From the IMG/VR virus record IMGVR_UViG_3300035698_006641, positions 32,846-96,845 of that record: DNA of 64,000 bases. One strand, written 5' to 3'. This DNA comes from a virus. This document shows, one piece after another, positions 47,843-58,200 of this stretch. The notes beneath the pieces were generated by a model. It was not told where the DNA came from, searched no databases, and was given only the letters and a program-made list of their open reading frames with translations. The position numbers and the translations under genes were made by a program. How positions within the stretch are numbered: position 1 is the first letter of the stretch; every line of letters starts with the position of its first letter.

Positions 47843-48105
47843 CGAAGGTCATCACCAATCAGATCTTGAATAGCCTTAATAACACGACGCATATCAGAGA
47901 TAGGCATACAGATAAACTCATCAACGCCTAGTTCATTATCATCAGTGCACTTCAGCTCTACATAACTGTCATCTTCGTCATCCCCACCTCGGTATGATAC
48001 TTCGTACTGATAGCTGGGGTATTGTAGTGTGATTTTTTCTCCTGCTTGGCTTCCATGCCCACATGCTTCGATTAGTTCACGCGTTTCTACTGCTTTCTCA
48101 TTCAT
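47839..48105 (-). CDS. hypothetical protein
   Basis: ORF. Confidence 0.55.
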   Translation of the reverse strand: MNEKAVETRELIEACGHGSQAGEKITLQYPSYQYEVSYRGGDDEDDSYVELKCTDDNELGVDEFICMPISDMRRVIKAIQDLIGDDLR

Positions 48106-48116
48106 AATTTTTCTTT

Positions 48117-50246
48117 CTACTCGTCATCGAGTTCAATAATTTCGTCAAATACTCCTTTTAAGGAAGAAGCTTGGTGTGTTACTACTACTAACTGTCGGTC
48201 TCCTCCTAGGAGTCCAGATGCTAATGTCTCTACAATTCGTGCGAACTGGTTCAAATACTCTTCGTCCATATTTGATGTAGGCTCGTCTAAGACAAGAAGA
48301 CCCAGTTCATGCCCGAACATTTCACTAATACTCAAGTGCAGCGATATACTAGAGACTGTTTTCTCTCCACCGCTGAACCTGTTAATACCACGTTCCTCTC
48401 CCCCATCCTTTACGAAAAAGAGATTAAAATCATCATCGATCCTAACAGTGAACGGTGCCCCGAATGCATTAAGGTATTCAGAGAACTCTTTTCTTAAAGA
48501 ATCTAGATAGAATTGAAGTACAATTTTTGGTAACTGGTCTCTGTGCAACAAATCGCGTACCATGAGGACACTATCACGGTAGTCATCCACTCCGGCCTTA
48601 GCGTCTATTGCGTCCTCAATTTCCTGAAGCATATCTTTAAACTTCAAGAACTCTTCGTTACTGGATTCCATCTGCAATAGTAGTTTATCTCTGGTATGTT
48701 CCAAAGATGACTTCTCTTCAAGATGGGATCTAGCATTAGTTATTTGCTCCTCTGTAGCCTCTGAGAAATTATTCTCAACCGTTACACTTTTAAGCAGGTC
48801 CAACTCAGATTGCTTAGTCTGAATTTTAGCCCTGCATGTCTCTAACTTTATCGATAAGGATTCTTTGTCCTCATAGTATTTAACCAGTAACCTAAAGGCT
48901 TCTATTTCTTCGATACTACTCTCAGGGAACACTACGGACGCGAAGTACAAATCTGCTTTTGTCAGGATCAACTCACTATTCGTAATGGAGGCTGTGTCTG
49001 CCAAAATTAGATCTTCTATACTCTGCACTGCTGTTCGTGCTGCGGATAGGTCCACCTCAACTAACTCAAACTCATTCTCAGCCTGAGTTACTAACGCTAA
49101 GTCCTTCTCCTTACTAATACGCATTTCGTCTGCGGATAGATCTGTTCCGCAGATTGGACATAGGGCTTGATCCTCATTGATACCTTCCCATCTGGAGTAT
49201 GAGTGCTTAGCAATGGCTAGATCGTTAGCCTTTACAGAGACTTTGTCTATAACCACGTGTAGATCAGTTTTGCTGTCCTCTAGGTGCGACCTTAACGACG
49301 TAAGATTAACTCTAGTAGAATCAATCAATGTCTCTGATGCTGCCTTATCAGACTCCCAGGTAGAATACCTACCAAAGTCAAACTCATCATATTGGAGTAT
49401 TTTACCGCTAACAAAAGCTAGATCAAACCCATCAGGGATAACAGGCAGCGGGACGAGTTCTACCTCGTGTAGCTCGGACGTAAGCACAGTTAATTCAGCC
49501 TCTCTGTTAGAGATATTAACGCTTTGCTCTTCCGCCTGGTTCTTAACTGATAGAAACAACTCCTGCTCATTAAGCAGACCTCGGTCATACTCACAGTCTC
49601 CTATATTAAATAGGTCGATAGCGGACTTTGCAAAGTCTACGGATAATGTATCCCCGAGATCTGAATACTCTTGGAGCTTACCAAGAACGTGATCCTTATC
49701 ATACGGTAGGGAAATTTCAGGTATGGTTTTCAAAAACTCTTCTACCCTACCCCGGTATAGTCGCGTATAAGCGATAGCGGGGATCATGGAGATTAGTTGT
49801 TCTACTCTCTTGCTGGGGGTATCGAATAATACGGCCCTAAGAGAATCCTGTCCCACGAATGAAAACTTTTCAATCATATCTGTACTAGATTGCGTCATTG
49901 AGGCAATCATAGCATTCGTGTCAGTTATCCCATCAGCATTTGAGTCGCCCCACTCAATAGAGGCTCTGTTTGTACTGGCACGGTAGAACCTTCGACTGAT
50001 TACACCGGGTGTGCCTTGGTGAACAAAGTTAAGCTCAATTTTAGTTGAGAGTTGTCCCTCTCGTATCTCATCCTCTAGGTTACTCCCTTTATCGGTTCGC
50101 CCAGTTAAGGCCACTCGAATAGCTCTTGTAAGATTTGTCTTACCGCATCCATTCTTTCCGAATATTCCTGTAGACTTAGGTGAGAAGTTTACCTTGAGGT
50201 GTTCATGTTGACACCAATCTGTAAGTTCAATACTTGTAATTGTCAT
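48117..50246 (-). CDS. SbcC/Rad50 (gp46-like) ATPase
   Basis: GKNGCGKT, coiled coil with CPIC hook, FSGGE, LDEPT, VTH. Confidence 0.92.
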   Translation of the reverse strand: MTITSIELTDWCQHEHLKVNFSPKSTGIFGKNGCGKTNLTRAIRVALTGRTDKGSNLEDEIREGQLSTKIELNFVHQGTPGVISRRFYRASTNRASIEWGDSNADGITDTNAMIASMTQSSTDMIEKFSFVGQDSLRAVLFDTPSKRVEQLISMIPAIAYTRLYRGRVEEFLKTIPEISLPYDKDHVLGKLQEYSDLGDTLSVDFAKSAIDLFNIGDCEYDRGLLNEQELFLSVKNQAEEQSVNISNREAELTVLTSELHEVELVPLPVIPDGFDLAFVSGKILQYDEFDFGRYSTWESDKAASETLIDSTRVNLTSLRSHLEDSKTDLHVVIDKVSVKANDLAIAKHSYSRWEGINEDQALCPICGTDLSADEMRISKEKDLALVTQAENEFELVEVDLSAARTAVQSIEDLILADTASITNSELILTKADLYFASVVFPESSIEEIEAFRLLVKYYEDKESLSIKLETCRAKIQTKQSELDLLKSVTVENNFSEATEEQITNARSHLEEKSSLEHTRDKLLLQMESSNEEFLKFKDMLQEIEDAIDAKAGVDDYRDSVLMVRDLLHRDQLPKIVLQFYLDSLRKEFSEYLNAFGAPFTVRIDDDFNLFFVKDGGEERGINRFSGGEKTVSSISLHLSISEMFGHELGLLVLDEPTSNMDEEYLNQFARIVETLASGLLGGDRQLVVVTHQASSLKGVFDEIIELDDE

Positions 50247-50257
50247 AAGTGTACCTC

Positions 50258-50554
50258 CTACATTTTACTAACGGGTTCAGGGTCTATTTCACTTTCTATC
50301 TCTTGTCTTGATAAATGAGCACTCCACACTTCACTTGTAACCCATGGTGGTTTGTTGCGGTAACGTATAGCTTTGTCATCGTCTAGTGGGTTACACTGTG
50401 GCAATATCCAGTCTATCGCTTTTATGGATAGATGCAGTATCGAAACGAGGAGTGTGCAGTCCGTAGAAAACCCACCGTAGTAAGTGACTCTAGGGATTTC
50501 AATAGATATCGCGTCCCTTAGAGCTGAGAGGCTTTTTTCTAATTCTAACATCAT
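50258..50554 (-). CDS. hypothetical protein
   Basis: ORF between sbcD- and sbcC-like genes. Confidence 0.45.
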   Translation of the reverse strand: MMLELEKSLSALRDAISIEIPRVTYYGGFSTDCTLLVSILHLSIKAIDWILPQCNPLDDDKAIRYRNKPPWVTSEVWSAHLSRQEIESEIDPEPVSKM

Positions 50555-51633
50555 AGGACCTCCTCAAGTCCAGAACGTAAAACATCACCTGTGTCATTTC
50601 CGCCGTAGATCTGCAGAAGCAGCTCTCGTGGGACAGGTTGATCTACATACCTACCTATAATCTCAGACATATTAACGTCACTTACCGTAGTCTCCGCCCT
50701 TCCTCCGAGAGATACATCGTCCTCTACAGCTCCGTCTGAACTTAACCAAGTGTACACGTCTAAAGGACCTCGTAAGGCCAAGAGGCGTTGGTGTGCCAGT
50801 GAAGCAAGGTGTGGTGGGTAGCTTACTTGAATAACCGGAATTAAATTATCAACTCTAGCATCGTCTCCAGCAATCTCACGTACCATTTCTTCTACTTCAT
50901 CTAGCTCATCAGGTGCGGCTCCGGTCATTACGATCTTATAAAAGCCACGACCAGGAATCACCTCTCTGGATATACTCGTCTCCCCGTTTAAAACTTTCTC
51001 TACTAGAAACCCTTTAGGCCCTATTCCATCTATTCCAGTAACATGAGGACTTCCAGGATACCACAGCGTTGTGTGAGTATTGCTATAGTCCTGCGGGGAA
51101 TGAATATGTCCAATCAAGACATTCTTAATTTGTGGAGGAACGTCATCAAGAGTGAACTCCGGGGAGAAAGGCAAGGCTCGAACTTCTGCTTGATGAAGAA
51201 GTAAAGTATCAACCCCTTCAGGTATGGACCCAAATACGCACATCAATTCATCGTGGTTTGTACTCTGCTGGCCTAACACAGTCATCCCACACTCAGGGAG
51301 CTCTACGGTCACTCGGTTTAAGTTAATAGGCCATGGATGTAATGAAAGCCATGGAACTAAATTAAGGTCATGGTTTCCTTGAATGTAATACACAGGCAAT
51401 CCTGCATCTTGCATTTCCGTGATTTTATCGAACAAGGGCTTCACGAACTCAGGCCTAGGGGTTAATGTATGAAACATATCCCCTAGAAGCTTTGCGCTGC
51501 TACACGTTTCTAAACAATAGTCAAAAAAGTGCTTCATGGCTAAGATGGAATCGTTATGTAGCTGCGGACGATTTGCCCATGTATGAGTTACTAAGTGAAG
51601 ATCTGCCAATGAGGCTGATTGTTTTGGTTCCAT
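50551..51633 (-). CDS. SbcD/Mre11 (gp47-like) nuclease
   Basis: ADLH, GDMF, GNHD, LHQ, GHIH, YPGS. Confidence 0.88.
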   Translation of the reverse strand: MEPKQSASLADLHLVTHTWANRPQLHNDSILAMKHFFDYCLETCSSAKLLGDMFHTLTPRPEFVKPLFDKITEMQDAGLPVYYIQGNHDLNLVPWLSLHPWPINLNRVTVELPECGMTVLGQQSTNHDELMCVFGSIPEGVDTLLLHQAEVRALPFSPEFTLDDVPPQIKNVLIGHIHSPQDYSNTHTTLWYPGSPHVTGIDGIGPKGFLVEKVLNGETSISREVIPGRGFYKIVMTGAAPDELDEVEEMVREIAGDDARVDNLIPVIQVSYPPHLASLAHQRLLALRGPLDVYTWLSSDGAVEDDVSLGGRAETTVSDVNMSEIIGRYVDQPVPRELLLQIYGGNDTGDVLRSGLEEVL

Positions 51634-51637
51634 AATT

Positions 51638-52549
51638 TTAACCAAAGATCTTTTCAATAATTGAAATAACGTATGTTGAGTCCAGTTCATCTGGTGCGTC
51701 TGGTTTTTCCATAGCATTTTTAAGCTCAGCCAAGAACCATGCGAAATAAGCGCTATCTACTCCGATCAATTGGTCTTCTAGAACTTTAGGGTTCATAAGG
51801 TCTAGCTCATGCAGCTGTAATACCATTTTCATGTACTGACCCGCGTTAATTGTCCACCCACGAGCAATAAACTTTCTTGTACGGATAACACTGGCCAATG
51901 GATACTTAGATCCGCGGTATACTATCTCCTTGCCAATAACAGCAGACAAAGACTCAACGTTAAGAACGAGTCCCTCTTTGGGTGTCCAATAATTGAACGC
52001 ATGCACAAAGTCAAAATTGGAATGAATTGTAGCAGCATCTCCGGTGAACCTCGTTATAACCTGCACCTTGTCCGTGAGCGTAATGGCATTTTGGGAGATA
52101 AACACTGGTGTATACTCTCCAGAAACTTCTTCTTCCTCAGTAAGCTCTGGAGCATCACCTTCTTCAATATCCGCATCCTCGGTATCGGGGTCTCCTACAG
52201 CCCCAGAGCTTTTTATGACTATCTTGACCTGCCCAGGGGAAAGAGAAATATCTAACGCTCCAGCAGTTTCTTGATCAGACTCGTCCCCACTCCGAAGAAC
52301 TTGGCAAGCTTCACCCTTCACTAAACCTGAAGAGTCAACATAATACTGTGCAAGACGTTTTGTTATTGATTCACTTGTTAGGTACACATCGTAATCGTTA
52401 ACCTTCTCCCCTAAGAGCATGGATGTGATACACCCGCCAGTTACAATTAGGCATTTTCTGACGTCATCGCGCAATGCCTTGTCCGTGATAGAGTTAGAGA
52501 ACTTTATCATTTTTCTTGATATAATCTTGTCAATTGTTTTTGTTTTAAT
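51638..52549 (-). CDS. nucleotidyltransferase (poly(A) polymerase/CCA-enzyme head-like); probable ATT start at 52549
   Basis: VTGGCI...NDYDVY catalytic motif, NFDFVH, R..KF..RGW. Confidence 0.65.
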   Translation of the reverse strand: MKTKTIDKIISRKMIKFSNSITDKALRDDVRKCLIVTGGCITSMLLGEKVNDYDVYLTSESITKRLAQYYVDSSGLVKGEACQVLRSGDESDQETAGALDISLSPGQVKIVIKSSGAVGDPDTEDADIEEGDAPELTEEEEVSGEYTPVFISQNAITLTDKVQVITRFTGDAATIHSNFDFVHAFNYWTPKEGLVLNVESLSAVIGKEIVYRGSKYPLASVIRTRKFIARGWTINAGQYMKMVLQLHELDLMNPKVLEDQLIGVDSAYFAWFLAELKNAMEKPDAPDELDSTYVISIIEKIFG

Positions 52550-52551
52550 CT

Positions 52552-52830
52552 CTACTCTCCTTTGTATATTCTAATTTTTACAGCTCGTGCTGGTTTTAGC
52601 AGTTGAGGTTGCAATGGGTTGTCCGGATTATCACAGTCGTGTAAGTTACCGTAGTAATCCGTTTGGTAATGGATGTTAGTAAACCAACTATTGTGACCAT
52701 AAAACTGAACCCCTCCGAATCTTGGAGCAATAATAGAAATAAATGCAACCAAGGCTACAGGACCATACACGGTTACTACATTCCCATTAGAATCTATTTC
52801 TAACTCATCCCACAGTTCTTCATTTTCCAT
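52552..52830 (-). CDS. hypothetical protein
   Basis: ORF with AGGAG RBS. Confidence 0.55.
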   Translation of the reverse strand: MENEELWDELEIDSNGNVVTVYGPVALVAFISIIAPRFGGVQFYGHNSWFTNIHYQTDYYGNLHDCDNPDNPLQPQLLKPARAVKIRIYKGE

Positions 52831-53713
52831 TTCGTCTCCTCTTTTCTCTCCGGATACGGTTCTTAGTATCTGCTATAGCTTGTCTGTCCAATTTTTCTTG
52901 ATTGAGATTTATTCTAAACTTAGCGGCTTTAGAGTACTCGGTGATCTGCTTTAGTGCTGCCGTATTGCTTGGTAACAAAATACTGGCAGGAAACCTGAAA
53001 CACTCAAAAAGACTACCATCAGCCCTGTCATAGACCAACGGCATAGCCAAGTCATTGCGCTTACCCTTCTCAACAAGGTTAAGGTATGTATCTACTTTAT
53101 CGTCCGGAACAACTGAAATCAGGGTCATAGCAATTATAAGCTGCCCATTAGATTCATAGATGTGCGGAACTTTGATGTCAACTCTACTCAGTCTAGAGAC
53201 TTTAGAGGACACATCAGATATAGTTACCCTCGAGGCCAGAGCATACTCCTGCTCAAACTTGTCTAAGACAGCCACGTTGGATACCGTGGTTGTCAACACT
53301 TTAGTTCCAGGTATAGTCCATTTTTGAAGAACTTCCTGTATCGTGAATAAACGTAGTAAGAAGCACGTTGGACACCCACGTGCCCAGCAGTTCCTCTTTA
53401 ACGAAGGTTTCCTTAAATACCCCTTACAGTCTCTGCGATGTTTGGTTTTTCCAAATGCTGCTTCGAGAGCCCGGCTATACACAGATAAAAAGTTCCTCTC
53501 CATAGAGATAAACTTATCACAAAATGTATCAGTAGGAATTGGAGAAAGCCTTTTCTCTGCTATGTTATGAAAATCCCTCCATAGGGATGCGTCTTCAAAA
53601 AGATCACCCATAAACACTTGGTAGATCGACCGGGTTATCTTATTGTCCTCAAAGTGTTTAAGGTTTACTGGTATAGCCTTTGGTCCAGGCTTCTTTATTT
53701 TTCTTTTTTGCAT
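52820..53713 (-). CDS. hypothetical protein with Cys cluster
   Basis: C...CWARGCPTC. Confidence 0.6.
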   Translation of the reverse strand: MQKRKIKKPGPKAIPVNLKHFEDNKITRSIYQVFMGDLFEDASLWRDFHNIAEKRLSPIPTDTFCDKFISMERNFLSVYSRALEAAFGKTKHRRDCKGYLRKPSLKRNCWARGCPTCFLLRLFTIQEVLQKWTIPGTKVLTTTVSNVAVLDKFEQEYALASRVTISDVSSKVSRLSRVDIKVPHIYESNGQLIIAMTLISVVPDDKVDTYLNLVEKGKRNDLAMPLVYDRADGSLFECFRFPASILLPSNTAALKQITEYSKAAKFRINLNQEKLDRQAIADTKNRIRREKRRRNGK

Positions 53714-54000
53714 TCTCTGTTCGCCTCTCCCATGTGCTCTACAACGAGTACAGAATCATCATATGGTCCTCGGTAATCATCAGTGAATATAACAACCGCC
53801 GGAGTTTTGTCAACCCCGTGATCAAAACAGAAATCTAAGTTATCTCCAACTGCCTCGACCTCAATGAATTGAAGCTCAGAACAATTTACAGAGTTAGCTT
53901 CTATTAAGGCTCTAAGCGGTCCACAGGCTGGACAAGATTTTTTAAATATGAAAAATACAGTGGGGCCTGTAACTGCTTCACCGGGATTAAATTTCTTCAC
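53695..54000 (-). CDS. thioredoxin-like protein
   Basis: SCPAC active site, GVDKTPAV cis-Pro loop. Confidence 0.75.
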   Translation of the reverse strand: MKKFNPGEAVTGPTVFFIFKKSCPACGPLRALIEANSVNCSELQFIEVEAVGDNLDFCFDHGVDKTPAVVIFTDDYRGPYDDSVLVVEHMGEANRECKKEK

Positions 54001-54006
54001 TGGCTC

Positions 54007-54315
54007 TCATCCTCCTAAGATCATCTCTCCACCGGCTCTCATACTCCTAAAATCATCTCTCCACCCAGCCTCTGCCGGATCATAGCGACCAGGAGTATCC
54101 CACATAGCAAAATCTAGAATGTCATGTTCGCAACATAGAGGGTCTTCACCTGGATACATATACTTCCACTCTGCAACATCAATTTGGGCGATGTCATTTA
54201 AATAGGACTCTTCCTGATCTTCTGGAATCTTTGGGTCGCATCCATCCTCATCAAATGATATCTGTCCATTAGAACTAAATAACGTAATCCGAGGCTCTTC
54301 GATTACCTCATCCAT
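54007..54315 (-). CDS. acidic hypothetical protein
   Basis: ORF. Confidence 0.5.
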   Translation of the reverse strand: MDEVIEEPRITLFSSNGQISFDEDGCDPKIPEDQEESYLNDIAQIDVAEWKYMYPGEDPLCCEHDILDFAMWDTPGRYDPAEAGWRDDFRSMRAGGEMILGG

Positions 54316-54391
54316 TGGATAAAGCTCAGTATCACATGAGACATTAGATAAATCATAAGAATCACACGTTCCTATAGTATCAAAAAATCCT

Positions 54392-54610
54392 TCAATACAT
54401 TCTGTACTTAGTTTTGACTCTACCAGTTCCCCGAGAAAAGAGAAAAGAGAAAAGATTACCGTACCTGCGACGCAATTTAGCGTTTTCTTTCATCAATTCT
54501 TGTCGTTGAGCTTCTAGTTTTTTAAATGTGTTTTCGTGACATTCATAGCAGCTGATTTTTAGGTTACATTGTCCCTTTTCACCGAATGTGCAATATGGGT
54601 CTATTATCAT
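54392..54610 (-). CDS. hypothetical protein
   Basis: ATGA-coupled ORF. Confidence 0.4.
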   Translation of the reverse strand: MIIDPYCTFGEKGQCNLKISCYECHENTFKKLEAQRQELMKENAKLRRRYGNLFSFLFSRGTGRVKTKYRMY

Positions 54611-54942
54611 CTTTTATCCTTTTCTTCTTTTTCTCGTTTTTGACTATTAAAGCCCAGTTCGCGGCTGTTCGTTTTGGGTTCGGATCTTTGATCCTCTTTT
54701 CTTCTAAACTCATGAATACTCCTACTGACACAATATATTTTTAGGGGTGTCTGAGGCTGGTAATGAAATATATACGGCTCGTTAATATCGGGCTGTGGTG
54801 GGTAATAGCATTGATCCGGAAAAATAGCTCTAAGCTCTTCCTGTAATCTTTTGGCTTCAGTCACTGTAACTTCGATAACCCTGCCTTCAATATGGAGTTC
54901 TATTTTTTCAGTAACTTTAACTGTGCTTACTGATTCATTCAT
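54607..54942 (-). CDS. hypothetical protein
   Basis: ORF with AAGGA RBS. Confidence 0.5.
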   Translation of the reverse strand: MNESVSTVKVTEKIELHIEGRVIEVTVTEAKRLQEELRAIFPDQCYYPPQPDINEPYIFHYQPQTPLKIYCVSRSIHEFRRKEDQRSEPKTNSRELGFNSQKREKEEKDKR

Positions 54943-55282
54943 AAATAATCCTTTGTTTTATTAATTTCCGACAAGATTCTCTGTGTACTTAATGTTTCAT
55001 TACAAGCTTTTTCAGCTTGGAGTTTGATCTACTGAGCCTAAAGGCATACATAGCTTTTATTGCTAACAGCTCTACCGAAAATCCTATATCTCTCAATACA
55101 GCCCTCGGTGGAACATAGTCCTCAATAAAATATCGATCAGTTGATGATACGGCGAATGCCATACACCCTCCCTCTTTTGTGCGGAGGTTATTCTTAGTTA
55201 CGAATAATTTGTATGGTTTTTTGTGTAATTTTGTTATATGGTTCTTGTGTGTTTGACCCAAAAGAGTCTGAGAAAGAATACT

Positions 55283-58200
55283 ATGTCGGAAATTGAAAAT
55301 GTTTTAGCCAAGTACGTGGCCATGATTAAAAACGGGGAACTTACTAATTTGTCACCCCTTCTACCTTTACTGTTTACATTAAGAGGCAAGCCGTTCTCTT
55401 TGAAGGATCACTTTTTGTGGGAGCCTTTGTTTAACGTGCAGGTCCCCAAGAAGCGTACGATTGTTTGCGGAAGACAGGTAGCAAAATGTATCCTAAGTAC
55501 CTCTAAGGTAACTACTTACACCGGAGAACATATAGCTGCTGCTGACGTAGCTGTTGGCGACAAGTTGTTGTGCCTGAACGAGAACGCCCCAGGGTGGGAG
55601 TCCACCTCCGGATTGGTTACTAATGTCTTCAATAACCTAAGCAAACCAATGAGGGTTATCACAACCCGTATGGGCTCTGAGGTGACGGTGTCTAATGATC
55701 ATCGCCTTAGGACTGCTGGTGGGTATGTGCGATCTGAAGAGCTATCTGTAGGGGACAGGATCTGCAGGATACGTAGGGGCGGTGAGTTTGAAAATAAGAA
55801 AGTGGACCGTAAAAGGTTAGTTAAGTGGTTATCAGAGGACGGGCTTATTGGGTGTAGATCTCATGAAAAGTTTATTCCAGAGTGGGTTTTTTCATTGTCC
55901 AAAGCGGATACAATTACTTTCATATCTAGGCTGTATGCCACGGATGGTTGCATTAAATCCATTAATGGGAGCCCGTCAATAACCTATTGTAGTAACTCAA
56001 GGGCTTTGATAGATGGGTTGCAGTCACTTCTCACTAAACTTGGCCTACCATCCTCTATTCGTTTCTGGGACCCAGAGGTTGGTAGAAGAGCCTACAGCCT
56101 CAGGATCGAGACCAGATCCTCACAGGACTGGTTCTTAAATAACATTAAGGTGCCAGGCAAGCCAATCCCAACCGGACTCATTAAGAAGAAGTCTAGCAAC
56201 AACAGGGACACTTGGCCTAAAGATCACGTAACATCTATCATAGAGAGACACACCAGAGACACTATTTACCAGAGGGGTGAAAGTCTACGTAAACACGGAT
56301 TGAGAAAAACCCTAAAATACCAACCAAGTATAGAAAAAATACACCAATACATCGAGTACTTCGATCTCATAGGCAATCATGATGCTGTGAGTGACCTATC
56401 TATATTAGTTGATACTGATGTGTATTGGGACACTATTGAGTCAATTAAGGAGGTTGGTGAGTGTGACGCAATAGACTTTGAGATCGAAACACACCACAAC
56501 TTCGTACTAGCTGGGGGGATTGTGACCCACAACTCGGAGACTTCTGCTGTGCAAATGCTTTCTTGGCAACTACTTAGAGATTATATGAACATTCTCTATG
56601 TAGCCCCAAGGGACAACCAAACAAAGATCTTTTCAAATGACAAGGTGGGTCCGTACATAAAGAGCTCACCTGTTTTCAAGGATGTAGATAAGAGTCTCCC
56701 GAATGGGGTGTATACTCGGTCAATTAAAGATGGAAGTAACATGTACTTCTCCTATGCCTTCCTTGATGCCGAGAGGATAAGATCAATTACGGCAGGGGCT
56801 GTATTCTATGACGAAAGTCTTGTCGGAGATACTCTAATTCCGACATACGACTTGTCCGGAGTAAGAACAGTTAAAAACATTTCTGACATTAAAGCCGGAG
56901 ATATAGTTGACAGCTTCACTGATAAGGGTTGTAAACTATCAAGTGTAGTAGTCTGCGACGCTTCCTTTCATGGAAATCAGCCGTGCTACCGTGTTACCAC
57001 AAGTAGTGATAAATCGGTTGTCGGGACCTCTACACATCCGTTGTGGACTAATGAGGGGCCTCTTCGGATCGGAGAGATGATAAGAAATGTATACAGACCT
57101 GCAATCACAGATAAAGAGAACTTTCTCATAGATCCAGATCCAGATGTTGTTAGGGACTCTTCTCGGAGATGGGAACCTATCAACACCGAAGCACAAGAAG
57201 ACGGCGAGTTACCGGTCCAGACACGGGGAACATCAACATACATACAATCAAGACAAATACATGATATTGTCAGAGTACGTAATAGAGCCTCCTTCACTAA
57301 AGAAGAACGGGAACTTCAAGGCCTCATCTTGGACAACCCACCGACACAAGGACTTTCACTGTGTGTCCTTGATGACATACAGCAAAACCACCGAAAAAGG
57401 GAACCCGAAGTCTCTGAGATAGGAATCAAAGCAGTACATGGGGATGAACCCGGAGAAGCTGGCAGAGACGGAGGCCCTGAGAGCCTATCAGTCCCTACGA
57501 GATGTAAGGAGACAGATGACCCAATTGTAAAAATAGAATATGTTGGTATGATCGACGTATGGGACATAGAGGTAGAAGGGACACACAACTACATACTAGA
57601 TAACGGCTTTAAAAGTCTTAACTGCCAAGATATCAACCCTGCATTCCGTGTACCTATCCAGCAGGTCATGGCCGCATCCCTCGACTTCGGTGTGACTCAG
57701 AGTACAGGAACACCCAAGACCTTCGATAATAACTTAGAGACCCAGTGGGCTCAAAGTAGTCAAGCTGAATGGTGTATACCGTGCAACAAATGCAACAAAT
57801 TGAATGTTGCTGGTGTGGAGTTTGACTTGCTCAAAATGATTCAGCCACACGGCCTAGCTTGCGCCAAGTGTGGTGCCCTCATCAATACCAGAGAAGGTTG
57901 GTGGGAACATAGGTATCCCAACAGACGAGAACGCCATGAGGGATACCACGGTCCACAGCCAGTCTTCCCGATGCATTGTGAGAAACAGCCAGATGAGATA
58001 AATACCAAGGTAGGCCGGAAATGGACGGATCTCCTTTATAACCAAGAAGATATGCCAACCTACGGCTTCTACAACGAAATCCTAGGTACTTCTTACGACA
58101 ATGCTGATGAGCTTATTAGTAAAACATCCTTAGTGGAGAACTCTACACTAGATCATGATAATACCTTAGATGCGGCTATTAAACTTGCACACAACAGAGT

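Noticed and set aside
167-54000. Numerous plus-strand ORFs of 60-170 aa (e.g. 19281..19631, 30068..30511, 49177..49692)
   Set aside because: Antisense shadows of well-supported minus-strand genes, Ser-rich and without motifs or RBS
54316-54480. Programmed frameshift joining 54392..54610 to 54007..54315 at a pyrimidine-rich run
   Set aside because: The frames overlap and are open, but there is no canonical slippery heptamer or homology support
57087-57530. TAG-to-Gln recoding suggested by two in-frame TAGs in the alternative-frame LAGLIDADG
   Set aside because: Long conserved genes are intact under the standard code, several genes (terminase, 3510..3890, sbcC-like) end in TAG, and no suppressor tRNA is seen; pseudogenisation is simpler
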